Position numbers and translations under genes: made by a program. A DNA stretch of 64,000 bases from Botryllus schlosseri. Lineage: Eukaryota. Under the pieces are notes generated by a model. That model made no database searches and had not been told where the DNA came from. It saw only the letters and a list, made by a program, of their open reading frames with translations. Below, one piece after another: positions 12,484 through 25,765 of the stretch (position 1 is the stretch's first letter; each line of letters opens with the position of its first letter). The stretch spans positions 21,392,001 through 21,456,000 of the forward strand of contig CM119372.1 in NCBI GenBank assembly GCA_051294905.1, given 5' to 3'.

Positions 12484-15391
12484 TGGAGTGCCTGATGTCC
12501 AGTTCTTTTCATGGTATTTTCCGGGCTTTTTTTGTCACTGCAAGAATGGCAACAGCGGGGGATAAACGTCCGACGAGAATCGAATTGGGTTCGCCAAATT
12601 TGTGGGCGCTTATCGTTACCATTACGTTATCTCCCCCTCACCTATTATCACACCCTATTATGTCAGTGTCTGTACATGAGTGTAGTGGGCGCTAAGTACG
12701 TTGTATTTTTTAAATTTTCGATAAAATGCGATACACAATACATAATGTGGTGAAGAGATCGGAGTAAGTCGCTTCCTTGCCCTTTTCCTTCGTTTTCTTG
12801 TACAAGTTCTTCATCTGGCATGCGAGCGAGCGATGTAAAATGTAATCTTGCTCATCACCGGCATGTGTATCTGTGAATTCAAGATGAGTTGTTTATAAGA
12901 GGCAATAATATGATATAATATGGAACCCCGACTTGATTTATAGGGTTTTGTGATTATATGGAAAGATGTCGCGGGCCGCATGCGGCCCGCGGGTTGAGAA
13001 CCTCTGATTTATAGGGTTTTGTGGGGAGCACAGTCGGTAATTACGTGAAGCACTATGAATTCCGACACGTTCATGTGCAACACTAACCGGTGATGGTCAT
13101 GGGGATCACTTTCTCGAGGTGGCCGTATTCTACACTTGACCCGATCTTATTTGTATTCAAATAAGTAATCGACCTTGAAACAATACCAGAACAACATTTC
13201 ACGACGAACAATCTATACAGCGCAGAATCTGTTATATCTTCATGAATTTTGACATGACCCAATTCGCGTGTAAGAGTAACGTCTTCTCGGCGTTTTGATT
13301 CCATTCATTTCGAACATGGCGCATATACTAATTGTACCGGCGTGTGAATAATGACTTATTCGCAAAGCGAGGGAATCTCAAACAAGTTTCGGCGCGGCTA
13401 TTGAAGGCTGAATGCGTCCTGGTGGGATACCGATCACGAAAGGCATAATCTAGTATGACGTATACATGGTCATTGAGGTCAAGACAAGGCACAACAATGG
13501 CGTCAAAAATATAATGCGAATCGAATGTATTGTGTCTTCACGCTGTTTTGGGGAACAGGCTTGAGTTCGGCAAAGCACGAATCAGATGCGATTGCTTCAA
13601 AACATGATTTCATTCAGTTATAAGTTGTTATTTTCATGTTATCAATGTTCGTTATCGTTTACAATTTTTCATCGTGCGGTCTGACCTTGTCCCAGAGACG
13701 AACCCGACTGTCTCCAGTAACTGTTGAGGCTATTGAAATAATCAATTCTTCGTATAACGTGTGAATGCAACGCCCTTTGTATGGATGAAAGTTGAATTGT
13801 ATTTTGAACACACTATTTTTTCTCATCTTGGCCAATTTCATTCCTTTATTTCTTTAATTTAGTTTGGTATTGAACCATTTAACCCCTTTGAAGTCTGCGT
13901 CTATAAATAGACATGGATCTCAAGCCCAAGCGTCGGTAGCAAATTTCTCCGTGTGTATACGTGCTAGTTGGCCAAGGTTAGTTTTTATTGAAAGTCAGCA
14001 GTCTTCTGATTTAATTATCATAATATTTCCAATGCGTAGAGGCCGGCCAATTTATGTTGTTTTCAGTATAAACAATGGCCGCAAGTAGCTTATAGATAGA
14101 GAGTGCCATTAGAGTGGATGTTGTTTTGTCTGACAATGGTCTCACAATGTCTAACAATGCTTTCTGTTCTATCACCAAAAAGTCTAATTTGATTCTTGAC
14201 TTGAACACGAATCCTGTTGTTATGAACATTTCATATTGTGAGCGTCATGTATGTACATAGTTTTTAGGCAATTCATTCAAATTTTGTTCATATCTGTTAT
14301 ATGATTTGTGTCCAATGACTGTATCGTTGCAGGCAAGGTAGCTACAAGCCGTCGACATTGCGTAGGCATCGCGTAATCACTATTTCAAGAAGTGTTCACT
14401 CAGCCGTGATTACTCGGCATCGCATCGAGATATCAGGCCTACCGAAATTCTGTAAACCGAGGTCATAATTCCACACACTATTTCGAGACGAATAACGGTA
14501 AAGAAATCATTGATGTTTTGTTGAGAAGAGAAGATCATTATCTTTTCAAATAGCAACATGTTTGATGCCGCAGAACAGTTTATCAGGGTTCATCAGCAGT
14601 TATAAAAACAGAATTGTTGAGGAAAACTTAATATTTTCGCTTTCAACAGCCAATAGCCCTATGATACACCTTGCGGATAGCTTTTTCGATGGCATAATAC
14701 TGTAGAGGGCGATCTCCTTGTTTCTATGATACCAAAGACGCCACGATCGAGCATGCAGATGCGACTAAATCTCAATTATAGTGAACCGACTAAAATTCAG
14801 GGTAAAGTTGCAGACTAAGTTAACAGTGGGGCTGTTTTCAGCGTATTCTCATTCAGATATATTAAGCTCTCTTGCCATATGCAAGATTGCTATCGCAAGA
14901 AAACAAAGTTAGAGCATTGAAAGCGTTGAAATGCTCGAAATTTGAATCGTATATCAGCTTATTTGCTCGCAACAGTTGAAAATTGCTATTTGAACTTGGT
15001 TTCGGGCCGAAACGGGCACAAAACTCAACCGTCGGGTTCGGGCCGGGTTCGGGCTGAACTTGTCGGGTTCGGGCCGGGTTCGGGTCCGGCTCACCCGGCC
15101 CGCTTCCATCTCTGGTCCAAACGTAGCAGACTAAAAGAGAAACTTTCGTGAGACGCACACACACATTGTCATGTATTGCTTTCACAACTATACATTCATT
15201 GCAGTAAAGAATTTATTACCTCGAAGACTTTTCGTGTGCCCCTTATCGAGAGTTAACGGCACAATAATAAGCATACAGAGAGAGATTCAAACGAAAACCA
15301 AATTCATTTCTCTGTGGGTGCCCCGGGTGACATTTGTATTGTGGAGCTCATATTGGAAGGAGAGGACTATTCGCTATAGCTCGCTCCCAAC

Positions 15392-15800
15392 TAGGGTTGC
15401 ATTTGAAATAAAAATCAATTTAAAACAAACATGTTTAAATCGAGGCCCGTCTTTAAAACATGTTTTTTAAAGCCATGCCGTCACGAATATTCAATTGTGA
15501 CGCCATAGTGGATTGACATTGACAATTGAAAATATAGGGTAAATATAGCTCCTTTGACAAAATATGCGTACTATTGCTGTTAAACCGACTACTTTGATGG
15601 TTCCAACCATCCCATATCGATATACGTTGGCTATATCGGGTGCTAATTGTCCGTAGGCTCATACAACATGATTTTTTGAAAGTATTTACACAATTATGGC
15701 ATAATTTTACAACTAAAAAAAAACAATTTTCTAAAGGCCTTCGTTTAAAACACTGTTTAAAACATGTTTGTTTTAAATACAGCCATACTGCCAACCCTAT
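15392..15800. mobile_element. MITE with AAACATGTTT subterminal motifs
   Basis: Ends are TAGGGTTGCA...TGCCAACCCTA, with repeated TAAAACA/AACATGTTT motifs near both ends. The TSD is not clear. Confidence 0.5.
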
Positions 15801-17777
15801 TGGTGAGTTTAGGTGCGGTAGTTCCGGACCTGGCAAGAGTGTAAGCCGTTGGGTGCGATAAATCGTCCCCTATAAAGTTGGGAAATGGATATATTATGAC
15901 GTAACAAGAAAAAGACCTATCATTTATAAAGAAAGATGTTATCTCATTGGGCCTTTTCATCTCAATCCTTACATTGTTTTCCCATATATCTTCTAAGATT
16001 AGTTATGAGAGGCAAAATAAGTGTAAATGTGAGTAATCGTGATTACTTTTCCAATCTAATCGTAATCATAATTGCAATCGACTATTTTCTGATTTGGCTG
16101 TAATCGTAATCACGTGATTCAGAAGTAATCGTAATCGCAATCGATTACATTCATGAAGTAATTACCCCATGTCTGTTATTACCTGCGATCTCGAAGAGTA
16201 GAGTAAGACGATATGATTGACCAGATCAGTCCGTAGTTCACCGGTACCTGATCGTATCTTTCGAGAATATAGCGTAATCTACTTGGTTCGGTCTAGATAT
16301 AGTATGTGCTAGGTTTTTTGGAATGGTATGCATATAAAGGTGATTGTCGAAGTATCACGTCTCAGAAAATGAGCTTACTTCAACCTGGGAGGTTTTATCG
16401 ATCCCCATATGGGGTCCAAGACCAACGTTAGGGAGGTATAGGGGTGAGTGGGGGGGCGCTGACCAAGAGCTATTTCAGTCCTGCCCATACAAATGTTACT
16501 GGGATTGATTGTATATAGGTTACCACCATCGCTGTCCGCCGGAAACGAAAATATGTATCGAACTTTGTTGGTTTTGTGGTTCTTAGGGTGTTTTTCCAAT
16601 AGCTTGTGGTCCGACAGTGTTGACGTGAAACTACCTTCTTGGTTTATCGTTAATTGGTCTACTTTATGAGCTCTGTTGTGGGCAACTCGAAAGAATTTTC
16701 TAAATGTGCACATTTAAGCTGATGAAAATGTAAAAAATTATTTGAATCCAGCGTTACGCTACCTTGGAAAATCTATTTAGAAATGATACGGATGATGATG
16801 CTCACGAATTGCGACGACAAACGCTGTCGTACGAGTATTTTATGCCTGAATACGGCCCCACCCTGTTTGGGGCGTTATGCCAACACACTTAAAAACTTCA
16901 GTGCGAAAAATATTTTAAAAGAAGACAGTGATGGTACAGACTCCACAAGGGCTCTCTGCGATGAGAAGTCTCCAGTAGCCATTTTAACATGTATACTTCG
17001 CGCCTGGATAGTCCGCTGGGATACAGCCGTACGCTATGAGTAATTGAAATTCAGTCGTGAATAGCAAAAAGGTTGGCCACCTCTTATATATATATCGAGT
17101 TTCCTAGAATGAGGTTTGAAGTCATAAACTGCCTTGCAACGAAACTAGTAAATGCATACCAAAAACAACCATGAGAGACAACGTCAGCCTACCCTTATAG
17201 CAGCAGGGTTGAATCCAATTCACGGAAGATTACCATATTTTGGAAATAAGAATAGAGGACACTTTTTCAAAATTCGCAGACTTGCAAAACCGGAGGAAAA
17301 TCCTGTGAAAATGGTAAATTATTTTCATTTCGTGGTCGGTTGACTAAAAAAATATTACTTTTTCCTTTCATATTATCAGTTGGTTGACTGAAAAAAGGTC
17401 AACTTTTCAACTTTGCGGCCCAGCTCCCGAAATACCGGCAGGAGCGTTCCTTCAGTGCTGATTTAATGTATCACAGTCAAATTTTGCTCTATATTTAACC
17501 AAAATTCTCAAAAAAAGAGGACATTTGGGCGTCCTCCGAGGACACTTTCAAAAAGTCAAAAAAGAGGACAAATCCTTTTAAAGAAGTCGTATGGTAACCC
17601 CAAAGTCACAAGGATCCGAGTCAAAAGTCAATCTCACTTTCATAGTTTTGACTCGAGTCAGGTCGAGTCATTTTCAATTCACCGCCGAGTCAAGTCCGAG
17701 TCCAAGTCAGCGAGCAGAGGGTCGAGTCCGAGTCATGGTAGTATGACTCGAGTTCGAGTCCAAGTCCTTGTGGTGAC

Positions 17778-19327
17778 CAGAGTTGGATCAAGTGTAATTT
17801 GTAATTGAGCTGAATGTAAAAAATTACATTTTTCAATGTAATTGTAATGTAATTGTAATTGAAGCATTTTTATTTTGTGTATTTGTAATTGTAATTGTAA
17901 TTTGACAAAAATTTTGCTCAATTACAATTTCAATTACATCAAATTGCTATTGAGGCCTGACAAGCACAACATAAAATAATTGACTTATAATGCATTCTCT
18001 TTAAATGTCGACAAGGAATTTGGTGGATCCATTCGCGAAAACCCTTGCTGCGCCCTTGCTGGCGAAGTTTTTTTTATTTTTACCGCTATGCTGGCCTCGG
18101 CTGCCATTGTATACAATTTTTTGATTACTACCCAACGGATGGATTCGCAACACGTGACTCGCGATTGAATACGCCGAGAAGCGAACTGCTGACCCGTCTA
18201 AAAGCAGCAGAATTGATAGTCCCATAGCTGGCGATCCAAGTGTCGAAATTTGATATATATGGTCCTAATCGAAAGCTAGTGTCGCACTGATTCCGCAATA
18301 AAAGTATATTTCCAGGCAATGGTACTATCCCAGAATAGTCGTGAAAGTCTGGGAATCGGAATTGTTCTGAACAATCGCTGGGCGTAATTGGCCATTGTTG
18401 TGGTCATGCTGCTGCGGCGGTCTCACTATTCAGAACAGTCGGCCTTAAACGGCTATTTTGGAGCAGTTACATTGCCCTGACGAGATATTGATTTGTATTT
18501 TCGGAATTAGTGCATCAATAGCTTACGATAAAGACCAGATGCATCAAATTTGGACGCTTGGATCGCCAGCACTAGGACTGCAAAGTTTGCTGCTTTTAGC
18601 CGGCTCTGCAGTACGTTTGTCGGTGCATTCATCCGTGACTCACATCTTGCGCATCTATCCGTAGGGTGGCTATCTACAATACGATTTCAGATCACGATGC
18701 TGCATCGTTATTTCGTCTGGCTAGAACTAACCAGACCACTGGATATTATATAACGTCTTATCTGACAAAGCACGCTTTTGTTTTTACTCCTCATCCTAAT
18801 TCCCACGTCCCTCGATTAAAATAATATTATTTCTTTATTTATATACTATATACGCAAATCCAACACGTGCATATATTATAATACTTTTTTCAACGACATG
18901 CTGCACCCTATCCTTAATCCTAACCCATAGGAAATTACGGAAATAACATTTTACATTTCCAATTACGTGAGACATAATTACCGAGCATACAAAACACGCT
19001 TATATTACGTCGCAATGACATCTTACTATGTACGCACATAAACGCATTTATTACTACACAATCTGAACTAGACTTGAATTGTTGTTAAATACGACGCTAC
19101 GGTTGTCAAGGAGCACGGTTGAATTTATGATTATTCAATGACATGTTCAACAGCAGCAATTGTAATTGTAATTGTAATGTAATTGAAGCATGCCAGGAGT
19201 AATTGTAATTGTAATTTGATATTTTTAGCATGGAGTAATTGTAATTGTAATGTAATTGAAACATTCATGAAAGTAATTGTAATTGTAATTGTAATTGAAC
19301 TAAGATAATGTAATTGATGCAACTCTG
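17778..19327. mobile_element. Non-autonomous DNA transposon with (TGTAAT)n subterminal arrays, inserted in a GACTCGAGT-family element
   Basis: TIRs are CAGAGTTG..ATCAA...TTGATGCAACTCTG, with a degenerate 8-bp TSD (GTGGTGAC / GTGCTGAT). It contains an inner inverted-repeat MITE at ~18130-18668 that is related to ~1697-1980. Confidence 0.65.
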
Positions 19328-20029
19328 GTGCTGATGGCTCAGTTTCGAGTTAAAGTCTCGTTAAACCCAGTTTTTATAACTATGTTTGGTGATATTGAGT
19401 GGTTCGCATTTATAATATACTAATTTTCCTCACTTTTAGCAGTTTCTGGTCGCATTTTCAAGTACCAGTACCAACAGACGAAATCCCACTAGTGTGGTTA
19501 CTTTACTATTCTTAGAAATTACAATGAAATGTCAGTCTTGGTCGTCTGAGTCTCTAGTCATATGACTTGGTTCGAGTCATGCGCAATGACTCGAGTCCAA
19601 GTCGAGTCAATACACAGATTGACTCGACTTGAGTCGAGTCATTTCCGTATTTTGAGAAAATGACTCGAGTCTGTCAAGTCGAGTCATCAGAAAATCGTGA
19701 CACGAGTCGAGTGAGTCATTACAACCCTGTAGCAGGGTTAGAAATCGGTCCGAATTTACTGAGGAAATCCCTCAAGTCAACAGTATTGAAACGGACTTGA
19801 CTTGAGCCAAGCACGGGCCGTGTTATTTTTGGCATTTCGACAACCAAATGCCAAAACTGCCAACGATAAGAAAAAAGCTAAAAACAAGGCTTTTTGAAAA
19901 TATCGATTTTTATAATCGTTTTAGACAGTGGCGGCTCGTGACAATATCGGGTAGTGGGCAATGTTCCCTCTAATTTTTCGCGAGAGTAGTAGTATAGATC
20001 GGTCAACCGGTGGCAGGGGTTCTTATGGG

Positions 20030-20226
20030 CGGGGTGGTGAGCGGCTGGGAAACCGGGGGTGGTGAGCGGCTCTTATTTCTTATGGCGGGGGTGGTGAGCG
20101 GCTATTGCGTCTTATGGCGGGGGGTGGTGAGCGGCTCTTATTTCTTATGGTGGGGGTCGTGAGCGGCTAGAAAACCGGGGGTGGTGAGCGGCTTTTATGT
20201 CTTATGGCGGGGGTCGTGAGCGGCTA
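20030..20226 (+). repeat. Subterminal tandem repeats (7x GGGGT[G/C]GTGAGCGGCT, 25-33 bp period); mirrored at 33588-33784
   Basis: Counted directly. They are followed by dispersed ACCGGTAACCCTTTTCGGTATA-like motifs to ~20850. Confidence 0.9.
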
Positions 20227-23200
20227 TTGTGTCTTGTGGTCGAACGGTAACCCTTTTCAGTATAGGGATAGCTCGCACGCGGCTTCGTTGTTAGCATGTC
20301 GTACTTCGTGTTGAATATGTATCAAGTAAATAGTCATGTGATTGGTCCTTAGGTAACGTGTATATTCCAAATTACGGCGAGTACGACATTGATATATCGT
20401 TATTCTTATGGATGCGGCGATGATTCGTACTTTCAGGCATCTCGCGACCGGTAACCCTTTTCGGTATATGAATCGCTCAACCGGTGCTAGTATAGCCATC
20501 TCTCGACCGGTAACCCTTTTCGGTATATGAATCGCTCAACCGGTGTCGCGGTGGTAATTCATACTTTCGGGTATATGCATCTCTCGACCGGTGTTGAATA
20601 TGTATCAAGTAAATAGTCACGTGAATGAATCTTTGTTAATGTGTATATCGTGAAAACTCGCGGTCGTGACTCGCCTTTTTTGCTATAGGTGATCGCCGTT
20701 GTTTCTTATGGGTGCGCTCGCATGTCGCACTTTCAGGTATAGGCATCTCTCGCACATCGCAGACTCGCCATGTGTTCTTATGGGTGCCGCCGTGAATCGC
20801 CCTTTCGGTATAGACATCTCTCGCACGTCGTACTTTCGGGTATAGGCATCACTAAACAGGAAATTCACTAATCCGCAGTGCATTGTGCGATTTTGAAAAC
20901 CAGACGTTGGCGGTTGTATTTTGGACCTGTGTGACCCACTAAATACGTCCGTTTTGGAAATTCGGAGCGCGCACTATCGTATCGATTATTCCACTAATCC
21001 AGTCGGTGCTATTACGTTCGGCAGTATTCAGTATTCAGCAGCGTCACGAAAAGCGAGCAACAAATAACCGCGCTCGTAAATTGACACTTCAAAAAGTGTA
21101 AAATAGATTGCAAATCCCGCGATCACTAACAAGATAATGTCTCGAACATAACCATTTTTAGTGACTTGGTGTTAAAGACATACCGATCGCTCACAAGGTA
21201 ATATTTCCGCAATAAGTTTGTCACAGAGCCGGCGCAGACGGTGATTCGTAAACCAACAATTTGACACTTTCTGGTGGTCGCTATATGTTTTGACACTTCG
21301 AACAGTGGCTGACTTTAGTTGCGCGATAAGAATTATGAGAATATTCAATCAATGTATCAATTTGCCAACTCGAAATGAAACTTACTACACAGCTCAAGTT
21401 GATTCGTATCTGAATGTGTTAATTCGGTACAATTCTAATTATTTCGAGAAATCTTTTCGTGATCTTTTGATTCGACCGTAACTCGAATATTACTGACACC
21501 GACTTTCAGCCACATTGAATTATTCGCACACCAGCGCCGCTGTTTTCACAACTATAACTCTACAAGAATCAAGAATCACAAGTATGTGCATTATACAGTT
21601 ATTGTCTTTATCAACACGAAATCAAACTCTTAACAAAAACACGCATCTTATCACTCGTCAACTCTATCATGAAAATCCTCGAGTCCTTATCATCAAAAAT
21701 GTTATAGCGCGGCGTCGGAATCCATTCGTGGGATGTACTAAAGGTAAATCCAAATAATCCAGAATGAAATATTTGGACTTTGACATTGTGTGAATTGAAA
21801 TATGTTTGACAAACATGACTACCAACTTTCACCCAGTCACATTTCGAGATTATACGCACATTGATTTGAAACAAGTAATGAAACATTACAACTCTATTCG
21901 CGACCTGTCTTTACGTTTGTCAAAGAGAGTTTCAGAAATATTATCACTATGACATCTCAACATTTTAACATCTTGCCACCAACAAAAGAGTAAAATACAA
22001 AAAACCTTGTCAAGTCAATCCGTTTGTAACTCACCGAACCAAAGCAAAAAGTGTCCACACGAAAAGTAGACAAGACTACGCAAGTAATCACTACAACCCA
22101 CAAACATATCAAGTTCGGTTTTAGGTATATACCACCAACTCGTCTTTTTTGTTCAACTGTAAAAGTCGTTACTATACCGCAAGACTAAGAAATTACTATG
22201 CGGTATATTTTGTAAGACAAAAGTAATTAGTTCTCGGTGTCGGCGACTTGAGGTTAACATAATATATTTGAGTATACGACATTTGAAAGTATGACCATCG
22301 TAGTTTCTTACAATCGAACGCAGGTGTTATATCGAAAATTATCGTGATGTAAACATAAGGATTGTCACATCGATTTAACATATGAGATTTTGTAATGGTC
22401 TATCATGACTTGATTATTAAATTATTCGCGTTAATTAGACCCGGCGTTGTGGTAAAGGTTATTAGGACAGCAACAAACTTTTCAGTACCGTTGTTCTTAA
22501 CATATTGAGTTGTAAAACTATGCGTGTCTGAAATGTTCTTGAATGGAAAATTATTCCACCTTGGTACATATCACCCTGCGTATCGCAGATATCACTAACC
22601 AAGACTAAAGATGAAACAACAATTTCCTTTGTTAAACAATAACCGGTACAATACTTTATCATCGTAATCAGCAGTGAGAATTGAAACACTTTCGCACATT
22701 ATCCGGCGTCAAGATATCACACTAGGTGAATTGACATATCGCCGCTTGAATAATACCTAATCCGTTCGAACCATTTCACATACTTTGATCATTACAAAAG
22801 TAAATTGTGATATGTTTGTTAGATGCATCCAATTCAGTTAGAAGTGTCTAGTGCCCAACACTCGTAATATCAAAAAAGTACTTGCTACACTGTTATTTGC
22901 TAAACGTGTTTTGCATTGTTGTTCATTTGTAGTATTGATTGAAATTGTTCTTGAACCCTCAAATAATAATTCCCGACATGAAACCAAGCCGCTGAAAGTC
23001 GTTACCATCACGAAGATACAATGTGCACGATGTTTGTCAAATGTGTCCTACCTGGCCAACAGAAAACAATTTTCACTCACTCGAAATGAAACCAATGTGA
23101 TGGTCTCCATTCGATATTTTGTTTGTGTCAAATACTTTGCATTGAACACATTTGCGTGGTTGAGCTTTACATCATCAAGCTGTTATTTGTAAATCAAGAT

Positions 23201-25129
23201 TTCGGTAAACTTGTAAATGTATCGTTTAACTAACCGACATTTAGTGATTGGGAAACATACCAGACGATACACATCCATCTCCGAAATACTGCATTGATCT
23301 TAATTTCCATCATCGTGATAATCGAAGTACATTTCTTCCGAATTCGTAACAACCGACTATGACATGATAAATTTTTGACAAGTTATGCTTAAAAGATTGG
23401 TTGCATATCGCGAAAAAATAATATACCACTCATATTGATACTGTTACTCCATTGATCGATATTTTCAAACGAGTAAAATTTATTACTTGAGTTTCCCCGC
23501 TTAATGTAAATGAAAACTCAGCCGTCTTTTAACATCACAAAGACATTGATAAAAAGTAGGCAATCAAACACACTCTACGTGGTTAACATTCTCGTCGATT
23601 CTATTGTGATTAATGTATACTTCATGTGATCTGGATTCATTTCGATATGGTTAAACATTCAACCTCGACGGATACGAATTGTCACACACTCAAGTAATAT
23701 CATACCAAATAGTTATTTACAACAACCGAGACACAGAAAATTTGTTTTGGCCATTTCGATTTTATTACTGGAGATACTCATCACTTTGCTTAATACAATC
23801 TAGATTTAAACTCCATCGAACCTTTGGTGCCTATCGTTTTGTTGGATACGAATTATGCTAGTCTAAGAGTACACAATTTTCACTATCTTGGGTTATGAAC
23901 TCAGTGTGTTAGCGAGCATTCAATATTTTGTAGTATCAACTAGTTACTTCGTAATATACGAATGATCATCCTCACAACTCTTACAAAAGTACGAAGGATA
24001 TTTACATCACACAAAGTAATCGACTTTACTCAATATCCTCACACTACGAAACTGAATGGTTTGTTTGACTCTACAAACTGTTCTGATGTCACAAGAACTT
24101 TTTCATACGCATGGTTACGTATCTAAATATTCAAATAATCCAACACACAACTATAGTACTTACAGAAATATCATAGTTCTTGTAACAAAGTTGTATAAGT
24201 ATAATGTTTATCGTAAGTCCTACATAGCCATGATATCCGTCCGAGTTTGACTTTTAGAAAACATTATACCGACATCGCGACATCTTTCAAAATTAAAACC
24301 ACAGTGACTGCTTCAGAGACCTACCAATGATATCACAGTAATACAGTTACTTCCACAAAAGAGTATGTATTCGACTTACTTACCACAAATCTAACGCACA
24401 AAACAATTTACTTTGCTAACGAGAAGCGCCGAGCCTCACATCAAAACAACTAGAGGGTGGAACTATATTAAAAAACGTCGCTAACCTTTGTGCACCAGCT
24501 GTAAATCACACAAGCAACATGTTTCAAGATTCTGGTTATTGAAAAACGTTAAAGTGTTTCTCCTGCGCCAAGTCGTTATGTTGACAAAAGCATATATTGT
24601 AATATCATGATCGATTTGCATTCGTTGGTCCCAAACTGTCACTACTCCAAATAATTATTTTTCACCCAAACACAAAAGCATACTTGTCACCATTCGTTTT
24701 CATCAAGCACGAGTTCAAGAAACTTACTTACTACGACATGAATTTTTATTTTTATGTTGTGTAAATAGGTAATAATTAATTCAAGTAACACTATATCAAC
24801 ATCATCGAGTTGTGCTAATAGATTTACATGTGGTCTTGTGGTTTTCGTCGGGACATACAGCACGAACTAACTGTAGACTACTCTCTGTTGTACAGCTACT
24901 CGGTAATCGAAATGCATTAACATGTAAACAACGATCTTGTATCGTCACACCAAAAATATGTTCACTGTCGCGATACTCCGCACAAGACGTGCATAGCCTT
25001 TTCACACTCGTAATAGTATACCAACGTCAAGCGATAACGTTTAACAAGACCAACGACACTGAACCCACGACGTTTACCTATGTAAAATTACCACTTTCAC
25101 TTGCCAGTCCATCGTTTACCTGACTAAAC

Positions 25130-25765
25130 ATATTATTTTCCTTTGGAGATCTGACGTTTACCCAGAGTAAGAAACCATTTTCACTTGTAAATATTTTTTT
25201 TCCTCGGCTAACAAACCTTTTTTCACTTGGAAATATATTTTTTCTCTGGGTAACAAACCTTTTTCACTTGGAAATATATTTTTTCTCTGGTCAACAAACC
25301 TTTTTCACTTGGAAATATATTTTTTCTCTGGTTAACAAACCTTTTTCACTTGGAAATATATTTTTTCTCTGGGTAACAAACCTTTTTCACTTGGAAATAT
25401 ATTTTTTCCCCGGATAACAAACCTTTTTCCCTGAGCAACAAACCATTTTCACTTGGTGGTCCGTCGTTTACCCGAGTAAAAATATCATTTGCCTTTGGAG
25501 ATCCGGCGTTTACCCAGTGTAACAATACATTTTCACTTGGAAAAATACTTTTACCTAGAGTAACTAATCATTTTCTTCTGGGTAACAAACCCTTTTCGTC
25601 TGGAAACTATCATTTAACTGAGTACCAACACCGTTTTCACTTGGAAATACATTTTCTCCCGGGTAACAAACCCTTTTCGTCTGGAAACTATCATTTAACT
25701 GAGTACCAACACCGTTTTCACTTGGAAATACATTTTTTCCCTGGGTAACAATACCATTTTCGTTT
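25130..25765 (+). repeat. ~40-bp minisatellite plus an 81-bp higher-order duplication in the palindrome arm; mirrored at ~28049-28684
   Basis: TTTTCACTTGGAAATATATTTTTTCTCTGGGTAACAAACC recurs. The 81-bp unit starts at 25580 and 25661. Confidence 0.9.

Larger units (their letters stand above)
7785..13142. mobile_element. Foldback (FB-like) DNA transposon with kb-long TIRs containing 60-bp tandem repeats
   Basis: Termini are GGGTCAAGTGTAG...CTACACTTGACCC, with an exact 8-bp TSD GATCTTAT (7777-7784, 13143-13150). Arms ~7785-9108 and ~11488-13142 are inverted copies (mirror ORF ends at 8174 and 12753). The superfamily (MULE or Merlin) is unresolved. Confidence 0.85.
6939..15114. mobile_element. 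hAT-type element with (GGGCCGGGTTC)n subterminal repeats; hosts the foldback element at 7785-13142
   Basis: TIRs are CAGAGATGGAAG...CTTCCATCTCTG, with an exact 8-bp TSD GTCCAAAC (6931-6938, 15115-15122). CGGGCC/CGGGTT repeats lie at both ends. There is no intact transposase ORF. Confidence 0.8.

Noticed and set aside
8174..12753. Repetitive ORFs (VHLVSCPI.., KYTWYHTRL..) as repeat or zinc-finger proteins
   Set aside because: They are by-products of a 60-bp (multiple of three) repeat that is open in several frames on both strands.
13150..14850. Degenerate hAT transposase inside 6939-15114
   Set aside because: Only vague motif resemblance, so it cannot be supported without a translated search.
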